Of a DNA stretch of 64,000 bases, positions 1-11,600 are shown piece by piece. The notes under the pieces were generated by a model that saw only the letters and a program-made list of their open reading frames with translations, was not told where the DNA came from and did not search any database. The translations under genes were made by a program, and so were the position numbers. Origin of the DNA: Lytechinus pictus (lineage: Eukaryota); contig NC_087247.1 in the NCBI RefSeq assembly GCF_037042905.1, positions 12,276,001 through 12,340,000 of the forward strand, written 5' to 3'. The first letter of the stretch is position 1; every line of letters starts with the position of its first letter.

Positions 1-3000
1 TAAATAAAGATTATTTGTTAAATAATGAAATATCTACTTCATTATTTATAAATAATAATTTTGTTTCAATATCCCATTAATCATTATTTATAAACAATTT
101 TTACAGTTTGCCATTATATACAAATAATCATTATTTATATACAAATAACCATTATTTATTAAATAATGCCATTATTTATTAAATAATGCCATTATTTATT
201 AAATAATGCCATTATTTATTAAATAATGGAAAACTCGCTATAACATGCAAATGTGGGACCGCCCATGATATGAATATTCATGATGCGATTTCCTTTTTCG
301 TGATTTTTCTTCACAAATTTTTGTCCATTTCCTCTTCATAATGACATTTCTTGAAGCAATTTTCTAGGGATATGGTCTGATTGTAATATTCTTCATTTTC
401 TATATAACTTCGTCTTCGTAGAAATATCAAAAAGTGTAATTTTATACGATTTTTCCTACAGTTCACAATCCCCATAGGCGCGCGTGTACGGTAGGGACAA
501 CCGGTGAATCGACGGAGTGCTCTTCATCGAAATACTACGTTGGTTGGTCCCCCGAAGTGGCGGGCGGAATTTAGCCCGAATCCTCGATGGAAGTCGATCA
601 AGTGCATATGAGCTGAGAGAGTGAAATATCAGTGTACTTGTACAGGCCCTTCTACTTTTTATAAATATTTCTTGTTGCTTTTTTTGTTAAGTTAATTTTT
701 CCTGGTGTAGAGATAAGTTTCAGTTCTAATAATGCACTTCAAATACATTTTGGAGTGTCTGTTTGGGGCGTTTGGGGCGATTTCACCCTGGCCCCAAAAT
801 GCTCGCAACGACAATACGGGGGCATGATGACCCCTAAATTTTTAAAAACTTATTTTTCTATTGAAAATTATCACAAAATTCACCAAAAGTGTGCACGAAA
901 GCCTTCGTATTTCACTTTTAAAACTCCAAAAAGTGCCCAAATGACAAGCTTGGTCGCTTCGCTGTGTCGCTTTCAACTTGAGAAAGTTTACGCGTCTGCT
1001 TCCCCCCCCCCCCTCCTCCGAAAGAAATTATGTATACGGCCATGCTCTAAAGAGCCTGGCACATTGATTTATGTATACTTCCATTTTCATTATTTTTATC
1101 TCATTATCAACATGGCCTTACGCAGAATTTTTTCCAGGGGGGCCGAGGCCGGAGCATAACGCGCGTAAACTTTCTCAAAAAAATCTTGAAAGCGAGACAG
1201 CCACGGGACCAAGCCCAAATGACAAGCTTGGTCGCTTCGCTGTCTCGCTTTCAACTTGAGAACGTTTACGCGCGTCTGCCCCCACCCCCCGAAAGAAATT
1301 CTGTGAACGGCCATGCTCAAAAGAGCATATGGCACATTGATTTATATGTACTTTTCATTTTCATTATTTTTATCACATTATCATCATGGCCTTACACAGA
1401 ATTTTTACCGGGGGGGGGGGGGGGGGGAGCAGCTAGGACGCGCGTAAAGTTTCTCAAAAAAATCTTGAAAGCGAGACAGCGACGCGACCAAGCTCAAATG
1501 ACAAGCTTGGTCGCTTCGCTTTTTCAAGATTTTTATGAGAAAGTTTACGCGCGTCCTGCTCCCCCCACCCCCCCCCCCGGAAAAAATTCTGCGTAAGGCC
1601 ATGATGATAATGAGATAAAAATAATGAAAATGAAGTATACATAAATCAATGTGCCAGGCTCTTTAGAGCATGGCCGTATACATAATTTCTTTCGGAGGAG
1701 GGGGGGGGGGGGAAGCAGACGCGTAAACTTTCTCAAGTTGAAAGCGACACAGCGAAGCGACCAAGCTTGTCATTTGGGCACTTTTTGGAGTTTTAAAAGT
1801 GAAATACGAAGGCTTTCGTGCACACTTTTGGTGAATTTTGTGATAATTTTCAATAGAAAAATAAGTTTTTAAAAATTTAGGGGTCATCATGCCCCCGTAT
1901 TGTCGTTGCGAGCATTTTGGGGCCAGGGTGAAATCGCCCCAAACGCCTCAAACAGACACTCCAAAATGTATTTGAAGTGCATTATTAGAACTGAAACTTA
2001 TCTCTACACCAGGAAAAATTAACTTAACAAAAAAAGCAACAAGAAATATTTATAAAAAGTAGAAGGGCCTGTACAAGTACACTGATATTTCACTCTCTCA
2101 GCTCATATGCACTTGATCGACTTCCATCGAGGATTCGGGCTAAATTCCGCCCGCCACTTCCGGGGACCAACCAACGTAGTATTTCGATGAAGAGCACTCC
2201 GTCGATTCACCGGTTGTCCCTACCGTACACGCGCGCCTATGGGGATTGTGAACTGTAGGAAAAATCGTATAAAATTACACTTTTTGATATTTCTACGAAG
2301 ACGAAGTTATATAGAAAATGAAGAATATTACAATCAGACCATATCCCTAGAAAATTGCTTCAAGAAATGTCATTATGAAGAGGAAATGGACAAAAATTTG
2401 TGAAGAAAAATCACGAAAAAGGAAATCGCATCATGAATATTCATATCATGGGCGGTCCCACATTTGCATGTTATAGCGAGTTTTCCATTATTTAATAAAT
2501 AATGGCATTATTTAATAAATAATGGCATTATTTAATAAATAATGGTTATTTGTATATAAATAATGATTATTTGTATATAATGGCAAACTGTAAAAATTGT
2601 TTATAAATAATGATTAATGGGATATTGAAACAAAATTATTATTTATAAATAATGAAGTAGATATTTCATTATTTAACAAATAATCTTTATTTATAAATAA
2701 TGGAAAACTCGAACATTAAATAATGATTATTTATAAATAATGAGAATAATGGTGCACTCGAAAAAATTATTTATAAATAATGAAGTAGACGTTTTCATTA
2801 TTTAACAAATAATCATTATTTATAAATAATGGAAAACTCAACAAATTATTTATAAATAATGAAAAACAAATAATCATTATTTATAAATAATGAAAAACTC
2901 AACAAATTATTTATAAATAATGAAAAACAAATAATCATTATTTATAAATAATGAAAAACAAATAATCATTATTTGTAAATAATGAAAAACAAATAATCAT

Positions 3001-3495
3001 TATTTATAAATAATGAAAAACCAATTATCATTATTTATAAATAATGAAAAACAAATAATCATTATTTATAAATAATGAAAAACAAATAATCATTATTTGT
3101 AAATAATGAAAAACAAATAATCATTATTTATAAATAATGAAAAACAAATAATCATTATTTATAAATAATGAAAAACAAATAATCATTATTTGTAAATAAT
3201 GAAAAACAAATAATCATTATTTATAAATAATGAAAAACAAATAATCATTATTTATAAATAATGAAAAACAAATAATCATTATTTATAAATAATGGAATGT
3301 CGAACTATTATTATTTACAAATAATGAAGTATTACTTGGAATTATATATAAATAATTAGAAATGATATTTTATATAATAGTAGTTATTTACAAATAAAAT
3401 GTAAATTATATATAAATAATAGTTATTATTTAATAAATAATGATTATATAACAAATAATTGTTCTATATAATATTGGTACATTCGGCGCCTCATA
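1..3495. mobile_element. Foldback-type (TU-like) long-TIR element; left end outside the window
   Basis: 1-~1200 is the near-perfect reverse complement of ~1500-2694; outer AT-rich tandem domain runs to ~3480; ~280-bp direct repeats at the centre; no transposase. Confidence 0.85.
2855..3295. repeat. 31-bp tandem array (tttataaataatgaaaaacaaataatcatta)n, outer domain of the foldback
   Basis: Period 31; repeated palindrome cattatttataaataatg. Confidence 0.9.
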
Positions 3496-4339
3496 TTTAT
3501 CAGCATAATCCAATAAACTCCAAGAAGTCCAAGTACCATTAAACTTCTTTCAATTTAAACATTTATTTTCTTGATGAAAGATGGTCTTTTTCTAGTAAAA
3601 ATATTTCATTAAAAAATTGTCAAAAGCTCTTGAAACGAATGAAATTAAGAACAAACTAGCCTTATTGTTTAACAATAATAGCTAGCAGTCTATAAATGTC
3701 ATTTTCTGAAATCAATGATTATAACAACCAATATTATCACTTATTTCCATGTTATGTGCTTTAGACGTATGTCAAGTAAATAAAAATATCACAAATCTCA
3801 TGTTCATGCTTAAACTACAGTGCAGTATTTTATGTAACATTATTCGTTCGGATGCAGTCCTTGCAGGTTTTATTGATAAGTTGCATATATATATATTTCA
3901 TTGTTTTATTTCCTTCTGTACTAAGTTGCACTAAGGATTATTTCATGTTTTCCCCTTTAAATTACTATATCCTCTCAATATATTCATATACAGTTCGTGA
4001 TATTGAATAACTAATTCTATGTATACTTTAAAACTAAATTAGCACTTATAATTGCATGTATCTTTTTAATATAGATGTATTCCTGTAGTTGAATGTTTAT
4101 AAGACTGTTTTCACTGCACTTATTTACACAATATTTATTTCCCTTTTAAAAAGCAATCCTTTAATCATTTTTTTTTCATCTAACAAGCTCAGTATATTTT
4201 ATATCAGTGTGGAACTGAATGTGATGCTCATTAATCATAATTATGTATTGCACTCCATAATTTTATATCTTTTAGTTTTGTATAATTTTAGCCAGGGAGA
4301 GTGAAGATTAATCAATGTTTAATAAAATTTGATAATGAA

Positions 4340-5146
4340 ATAATAAAAGTGAAGGTGGTAGAGTGTCCATATTCCAACCAGAGCAATGTCTTTATTAGGA
4401 GACTTCATGGTACACTAGGTATCTTTCATGGGCATAAGTTTGGTCTTCAGAAGGAGCGCCTGCATGACCGCCTTGCTGTATGCCGTGCAGAGTGCTAGGT
4501 GCGGATCCAGCCGGATTAGACAATTTCCGATTTAGGGGCCATATTTTTATTGCACAAAATTAGTTGGCCTCTCAAAACTAATGGCCCGATTTCACCAAGG
4601 TGGTTTTGAAAACCATCGGTTGAACACATGTTATTTGCAAATTTTCTGCAGCTTAAATAGTGCTTCAATTGTCCAATGCTGATGTGTGCTCGTGTCACAG
4701 TACACCAAATTGATGCCTGTTGCCATGGTTGAGAATGCTATTTTATTTATGAGTCCACCGTTTTGAGCAGTGGACTCATTAATGCAAAACAGTGGACTCA
4801 ACCATGAATAAAATAGCGTGGATAACCACGGCGACATACAGGCATCAATTTGGCGCACTGGAACAAAAGCGTGCATCACTATTGGTCATTTGTTGAGATA
4901 CACTGTCAATTCAGTGTAAATTATACAGGAAATCTACATACAGTAAACCATGGGCTCAATCAATGGTTTTCAAAACCACCTTTATCAATTAAGGCTGTTG
5001 TGTCTATTCCGGCTGGATTAGCGCAGGCTGGAGTGCATTGGATGGTCCCATTCAGGACCAAATATATGCCAATGGAAGATACATAGTGTACTATGAAGCC
5101 TTTACATTAATTCATTCTCTACCATCAGAAGCTATTTCATTTATTA
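4340..5146. mobile_element. Degenerate TIR element
   Basis: cttcatggtacactaggtatctttcatgggcat (~4403) pairs with atgccaatggaagatacatagtgtactatgaag (~5066). Confidence 0.55.
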
Positions 5147-5550
5147 ATTAACTATGCTGGTAGGTCAAAAAAAAATCAGTAGAAATATCTAAATCATGCT
5201 ATGTGAGACCTTGTAAGAAATATAAGATCTTTGCAATGTTCAGAAAAATTAGAAGTTTTTTAATTCATCTAATGAAAGCCAAGTATTTTAATATTACTCA
5301 CTCTTTTTCATGCTTGAATTCAAAGAAATATGCAAAAAAATGGTAGAAAATAATGCAGAAGCAAAAATGATAAGCAATTTAAAGACAAAACAAGCGATCA
5401 AATTTTTATTAATGTTATTTTTCATAAAGAAAATGAACTTAAAACATAGATCTTGGTTTTCAACTTCGCTTTTTGTTGTGATTGAACTGAAATGAAATTG
5501 ATATTCTTTAATGTGAAGAATGACTTTGAAATTGTGAATCTCTTTTCTAG

Positions 5551-5601
5551 GTACATCCAGGCGACAAGCTCTCCAAAGGATGTCATGATCCTTATTGACT
5601 C
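5551..5601 (+). CDS. CACNA2D: CACNA2D exon: (W)[16 protein letters not shown](S), start of VWA
   Basis: ttttctag|...|gtgagt; phase 2-2. Confidence 0.95.
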
Positions 5602-8600
5602 GTGAGTTTATTGCAAAATATTTTTTTTGTCATAGGAATTGATTGTGCTATTATGGAAGAGTAGTGTCTAAAGGCCATCCATAAAAACAAAACCAATACC
5701 TCACATATGCTCTACGGCGGCCGTACGGTGACCGTTTTATTCATTTTTTTCATTTTTATTCAAATCTCCTATATGTAGCTATAATTACAATAAATGTTAA
5801 AACAACTTTTTTTGACTTGCAGTATGGCCGCCATAGAACAAATGTGACTGAGGTATTATTGTATGACTAGTTACATTTTCTTTAGCCAATGATGGGAGCA
5901 CACTACCTATGGTATGGTTCTGGTCAAATCTCAACTTAATTTGCATTCGATATAAAACTTTGCGCTCCAAAATGCGAACTAGGAATTTGATCTCTGGTGA
6001 TGATAAATCATGATTGGATTTTCAAGTTTAGCCAATAGGAACGGGAACTATCAAGAATCTGACTCGAACATGAGAAAGGGTCACCATCAGTTGTCAACAA
6101 AACTTGAGGAAATGTTTTGAAACTTTTGTGTATTTCTGAGATTAGAACAGTCATTTGATGATGGGATTCAAGATTTCAGTTACGGTGATAATATATATTT
6201 TGGGTCATCTGACTGGAATGGAAGCGAAATACCACCAGGAGCTGGACATAGAGGAACAGAAGATACCTCATCTAGAACTGAACCTTATGTACATGCATGG
6301 ATGTATATGATTCACACATGTATGTATGTTCACAAAATTGCTACTGTTTCCATAACTTTCTTCTTTCTAAACTTCTTAATAGGAGCGGAAGCACATTTGG
6401 AATGACTCTGAAGATCATCAAGGTCTCTGTTTCAAAGGCACTGGACACCCTTGGAAATGATGACTTTGTCAACGTAGCATGGGTAAGTGATATACCTAGG
6501 TTTCTCCTACATGTATAACAACATTTGACTAGGCAATAAATCTGTTAGGGAAAGTTGTTAGCACTGACAAGTTTTCATTGTTTGATAATTGATAGTAACC
6601 ATAGTAACAACCCGCAACTGGTGCTTCTCAGCCTATCAAAAACTATGGAACAGCCATGATTGATAGTAACACTGCTTTATCTTTTGTGTTGTGCATCATA
6701 GATATTGGACAGATAGTGTCATAAGGGACCAGATGTAGAAAAGATAAATCAGATAAACAACAAGATGCAATTCTCGTTTGTGATTTAATTTGAAATCATG
6801 TTGATTGCAACCTTTTCTGCAGAGGATACCTGGGGCTGTTTCATAAAGAGTTACACCTATGGTGACTTTGCCATACCATGGTTACAGGACTCAATAGCCA
6901 TTCAGAATCAAGGTTTTCATGGTAGTTACAATAATGACCTATTTACCATCATGGTCGTATGCAGAAAATTTTCCCTGGGGGGGGGGGCCAAGACGTGTAA
7001 TAATTTATGAAGAAATGCAAAAGAGAGAGACCAAAGGTTCTCATGGGGGTGCTTTTGCATTTTCAAAAGTGAAATTAAAGGATTTTGTGCACACTTTTGG
7101 TGAATGTTATGATTATTTTCAGTAAAGAAATGTAGGTTTTCAAAATTTCTGGGGGCAACTGCCCCCTTCCCCCCCAGCTATGTATGGCCATATTTACCAT
7201 GGTTGTTAGTCTTCATGAAGTGGGTTTCAGGTCATATATGAAATCCTAGAGTCTGAATCGAACTGTCTGATGATCAGAGCAGAATTGCAAAAGTTGATAT
7301 GAATTTTCCAATTTTTCTGATTCCAGTTTAGTAAAGATGTCCAGAATGTAAGCTGCTTCAATACCTTTGTTCAAGCTAACCTTAGGAACAAGAAGGTAAG
7401 ACCCTCCTTTAGCATCATTATTGTACACAGATATACTTGATATATTTGAAGATATAAAGATTATTGTGAGCAGCATATAATTGAAAAAAAAATCATCACT
7501 GCCAGTTTGGAATTTTCATCCTTTGATGATTCTCATGTCATTCCATTTGTAAAAAAATATGTTTATACTTAGAAAGCAAGCTTGTTCTTACCTTGATGAA
7601 TTTAAACAATTGAAGTTTCTAGATTATATACATTTAAAAAATCTTGAATGCTCTGGTTTTATATTGATGGCTTTTTAAAAAGGTGAATTTGAAAAAAAAG
7701 TAAAATTAACTTTAAAATTAATGAATTTGTGGATATCTGAAAAAAGTGTTGTTTATATTATTGTATTAGTGTGTTGTGTTCTTGATTTATTCCGAAGAAG
7801 AATTGCGATGAATTTTGAAATAACTTGAATCAAATTTCACAGGAATTGAACAACAAAGTACAGACTGAAGTTAGAGCAGGTGGGATTGCTGATTTTGCAA
7901 ATGCTCTGAACTACGCTTTTAATGAATTTGAAAAGGTGAGTGTCTGTATTGAAAAACATTCTGAAATGATAAACTTCAATCACTGAACATGTCGTTAACC
8001 CCCCCCCCCCCCATTCCGAAGAAAAAGTAAGAAGCTGCTGAAACTTCAGGTTATAATAAAAAGGCACATTAAACACATGTTGTGAGTTTTTAGTTTATTG
8101 CACAGGAAAAGTATTTTTGAACAGGGAAACTTGTTGAACTTTTCCTCGATATTGATACCAAAACAATTCTGTGGCCCACTTTTTTCCCTTCATGATATTT
8201 ACTGTTTTTTAAACCCTGAATGCCAAACCCGACTTTTGCTGTAAATCCCCTTTAATTGGTTTTGTCTGCAAATAAACTTGCATAAGTTGCCCTTCTAGAA
8301 GTCTTATATTCTCCCAAGTTGAAGCAATTTTTTTTAGACCAGATTGTGCAAACATGTATTATATATATATACGTCTTATAGATTAAATTTCTCCTTAAAG
8401 AAATATCTGAAATCGCAAATGATTTAACTTAGTCAAAGTTACATGTATATAGCATACAGGTCTCAGTGAGACACAACCTCTTGTGAGAGACCTATGACCT
8501 TTGACATTCTTTGTTTTACAGTTCAACAGGACAGAGAGGCTCGGTGGTGAGGGAAATAATCAGGGCGCAGACTGTATCAGAGTGATCATGATCTTTACTG

Positions 8601-11600
8601 ATGGTGGAACGTCCTCTGAGGAGGCCATATTTGAGGCTCGAAACAGAAATCCATTCAAGGTAGGGGGAGAGAACGGAGGGAGGGGGAGGAGGAGGGAGGG
8701 ATTGGAATGGAGGAAGTAGTGGGGAAGGAGGAGGAGGGACGGAGGGGGATGGATTAAGTATTGGGGGAGGGGGAGGGAGGGGGATGGAGGGTGGCGGAGG
8801 AAATCATGGGGAGGGGGAGGAGGTATAGGGGGAAGGGAATAGAGGAAGGAGGATGACGGGAGTCGGGTGGGAGATGAGGTAGTGGGGGAAGGTGGAGGGG
8901 GAAGGGGGTTGGAGGAAGTAGTGGGAGAGGGGTAGGTGGGAGAGGGGGGAGAAAGACGGAGGAAGTATTGGGAAGAGGGAGGGAAGAAGTAGTGGGGAGG
9001 AGGAGGTAGAGGAGGAATGGGGGGGTGGGAGAGGGACAGGAAAAGTAGTTGGGGAGGGAGGGGGTGGAGGAGGGAGAGTTGGCAACATGCATTTTTCTTG
9101 TCAACTACGCCTGTTGCCCTTGGTTAAGGTCCTAGTTTGTTTTTACAGCATGGCTAAATTTGACCCCACTTTTGATCAATCATTATTTGGCAAATTATTC
9201 ATGGGGACAATATATCTCATGGTTTCAAAGCTTGCAATATTCTAAAACCAAATGATCCCAATAACCTAATATCATGCACCCATATTTGCCATTTCCCACC
9301 CAAGTGTATAGAAAATATTGGTAGAAACAAAATGTTTGAAAAGATTATGTAGTCTTGTTGATCAAGGTTGTAGATAATGGAGATGGCCTTATGCACTTTT
9401 AAATGGATCTGAAAATAATATGAATATCTTTATCTGTGAAAATTTTTACTTTGTATTTTTGTAGGCTCGAGTTTTTGTGTACAAAGTGGGTGCTGATTCT
9501 ATGGTGTCTTCCGATGGTATCAGAGACATGGCCTGTACAAACAAAGGTAATTTCTTATCTAATTCATTAATTTAATTAGTTTTGTTTATTTCAAAATGGT
9601 TTTATTCCTGATACTGTTTCTATTAATATGTGGGTCCCATTTCATAAAGACTTGTTATAATAACAAATGCACAATTTCTATAACAAATTTACTATCAGCC
9701 AATCAGATTAAATGCTTTCAGTAGCTTTAAACTGTTATTGTGAATTTGTTATTGTAACAAGTTTTATGAAACGATCCCAGCACTGTACATAATTAGGATT
9801 CACCCACAGCAAATAATGAATGATTAGAAGTCTAGCCAGCCTGGAAATTATTTCAGCACGAATGGGCATAGCCATTCATAAAACATCCACAGTCATTAAT
9901 TATTATTGTGTTTAAGATGAAGTTTTTTATGATATGATAGGGTTTTTATAAGTTTGATCTGGATGTGTGTGATTTTTTTTCGGACAAGGAAATAGTCACA
10001 TATGTGCATGAGAATGGGCTACATGTACATCCATATATACAGAGGTTGCTTTTTCTTTGATATTTTTTGTAACCTTATGTAATATTCTTCTTTTTATTGG
10101 TATAATTGATGAATTGTTTTACTGTCTCATTGTAGTAACTTTCTTGTTATAGGGTGCAATAGTGCAGTCAATTCTTTAGTTGTAAAGAACAAAGAAAACT
10201 GCACAAATTATTATGTGATTAATATAAGTATTCTTTATGATGATGATGATGATGAAAGATGGAATTCATCTTTTTCACATGAATATTTCTTTCCAGGTTA
10301 CTTCAGCACAATCCAGTCATTTGGAGCTGTGAGACTCACTACTTTGGTACGCACTGTTGGCTAATTTCTCCTTGGTGTTAATTATGGCCCTTAATTAATC
10401 CTTTGATAAAAAGAGTATTATTTGTGTAAAATGAAAGAAAAATTAGAGCGTTCTGTGAAAGTTTGAAGGAAATCTGACCCCAAATGATTAAAGAAAAATG
10501 GTTGTTTCAAACTGAGATTACTATTGACATTGGTAGTGTGGTAAACACTTCTTATGTACCTTACTAGCAGGAATTATGTGTTTTTCTCCTGTGTACATTA
10601 ATATAAAAATATAATGTAGAGAGGGTTATATGTGTAAAAGATGACATTTTAATCATTTTGTGTAGTAAAACAAATAGAGGAGTAATCCTCACTCAACATC
10701 CAGTTTGAATTCCCCATAGGTATAATGATTACAACTTTACATAACTCTGAAAAATATTCATATATTTCTAGTTGTTTGACTGGTTTTGCTGAAATATTCA
10801 CCTATCTGCTTTTTTTCAAATGATATTGCCATTTCGAATGAATTTCTATTCCTATTTTAATATTTTTTAAATATAGGATTATGTGCCAGTGGTCAGCAGG
10901 CCGATGGTCCTAAGTGGTCACAAGAACTTCCAGTGGTCAGATATATACTTGGATGCCCTGGTAAGTCTTTGGGTGTAATTGTAGAAGTGGAGGTAGCAGG
11001 TGGGTTGGTGGAAGAAAAAAAAGTAGAAGTTGGTAATGATGGCTGTAGTAGTAGTAGGAGTNNNNNNNNNNNNNNNNNNNNNNNNNNNNNNNNNNNNNNN
11101 NNNNNNNNNNNNNNNNNNNNNNNNNNNNNNNNNNNNNNNNNNNNNNNNNNNNNNNNNNNNNNNNNNNNNNNNNNNNNNNNNNNNNNNNNNNNNNNNNNNN
11201 NNNNNNNNNNNNNNNNNNNNNNNNNNNNTTACCCTCATACTATTACTTCCACTGCAACAACTTTTATTTCATCTACCACTACTTCTTCTGCTGTGGTAGA
11301 TGAGATAAAAGTTGTTGCGGTGGTGATAGTAGTAGGAGGGTAGGAGATATAGAAATAAACAGAGGAGAGGGGGGTCATAGCCACTTTGCTGGTCCCCATT
11401 GTTCTGGCTATTGTAGAATATGAGAATTAGAAGAGAAAAAGGCGGCTTGGGTTTCCTGCTAAAAACATGCATTGGAGGGGGAACTAAGAGATAGATGGAG
11501 AGGCAGAGAAAGAAGAAAATACAAGACATGGTTATTATATATATGAAGTTTTAGCATAAAATGAACTGAAGTACTGTGTATTTTACCAATTACTAATAAT

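Noticed and set aside
755-1890. Overlapping ORFs with repeated AQMTSLVASL peptides
   Set aside because: They are by-products of the palindromic, tandem foldback centre; mirrored on both strands with no transposase motifs.
2855-3295. Regular short repeats that might suggest a CRISPR array
   Set aside because: No unique spacers, eukaryotic intron context, no cas genes.
8754-9104. Proline-rich minus-strand ORFs
   Set aside because: Translation of the polypurine tract.
10918-11343. ORFs spanning X runs
   Set aside because: Artefacts of the 167-N gap.
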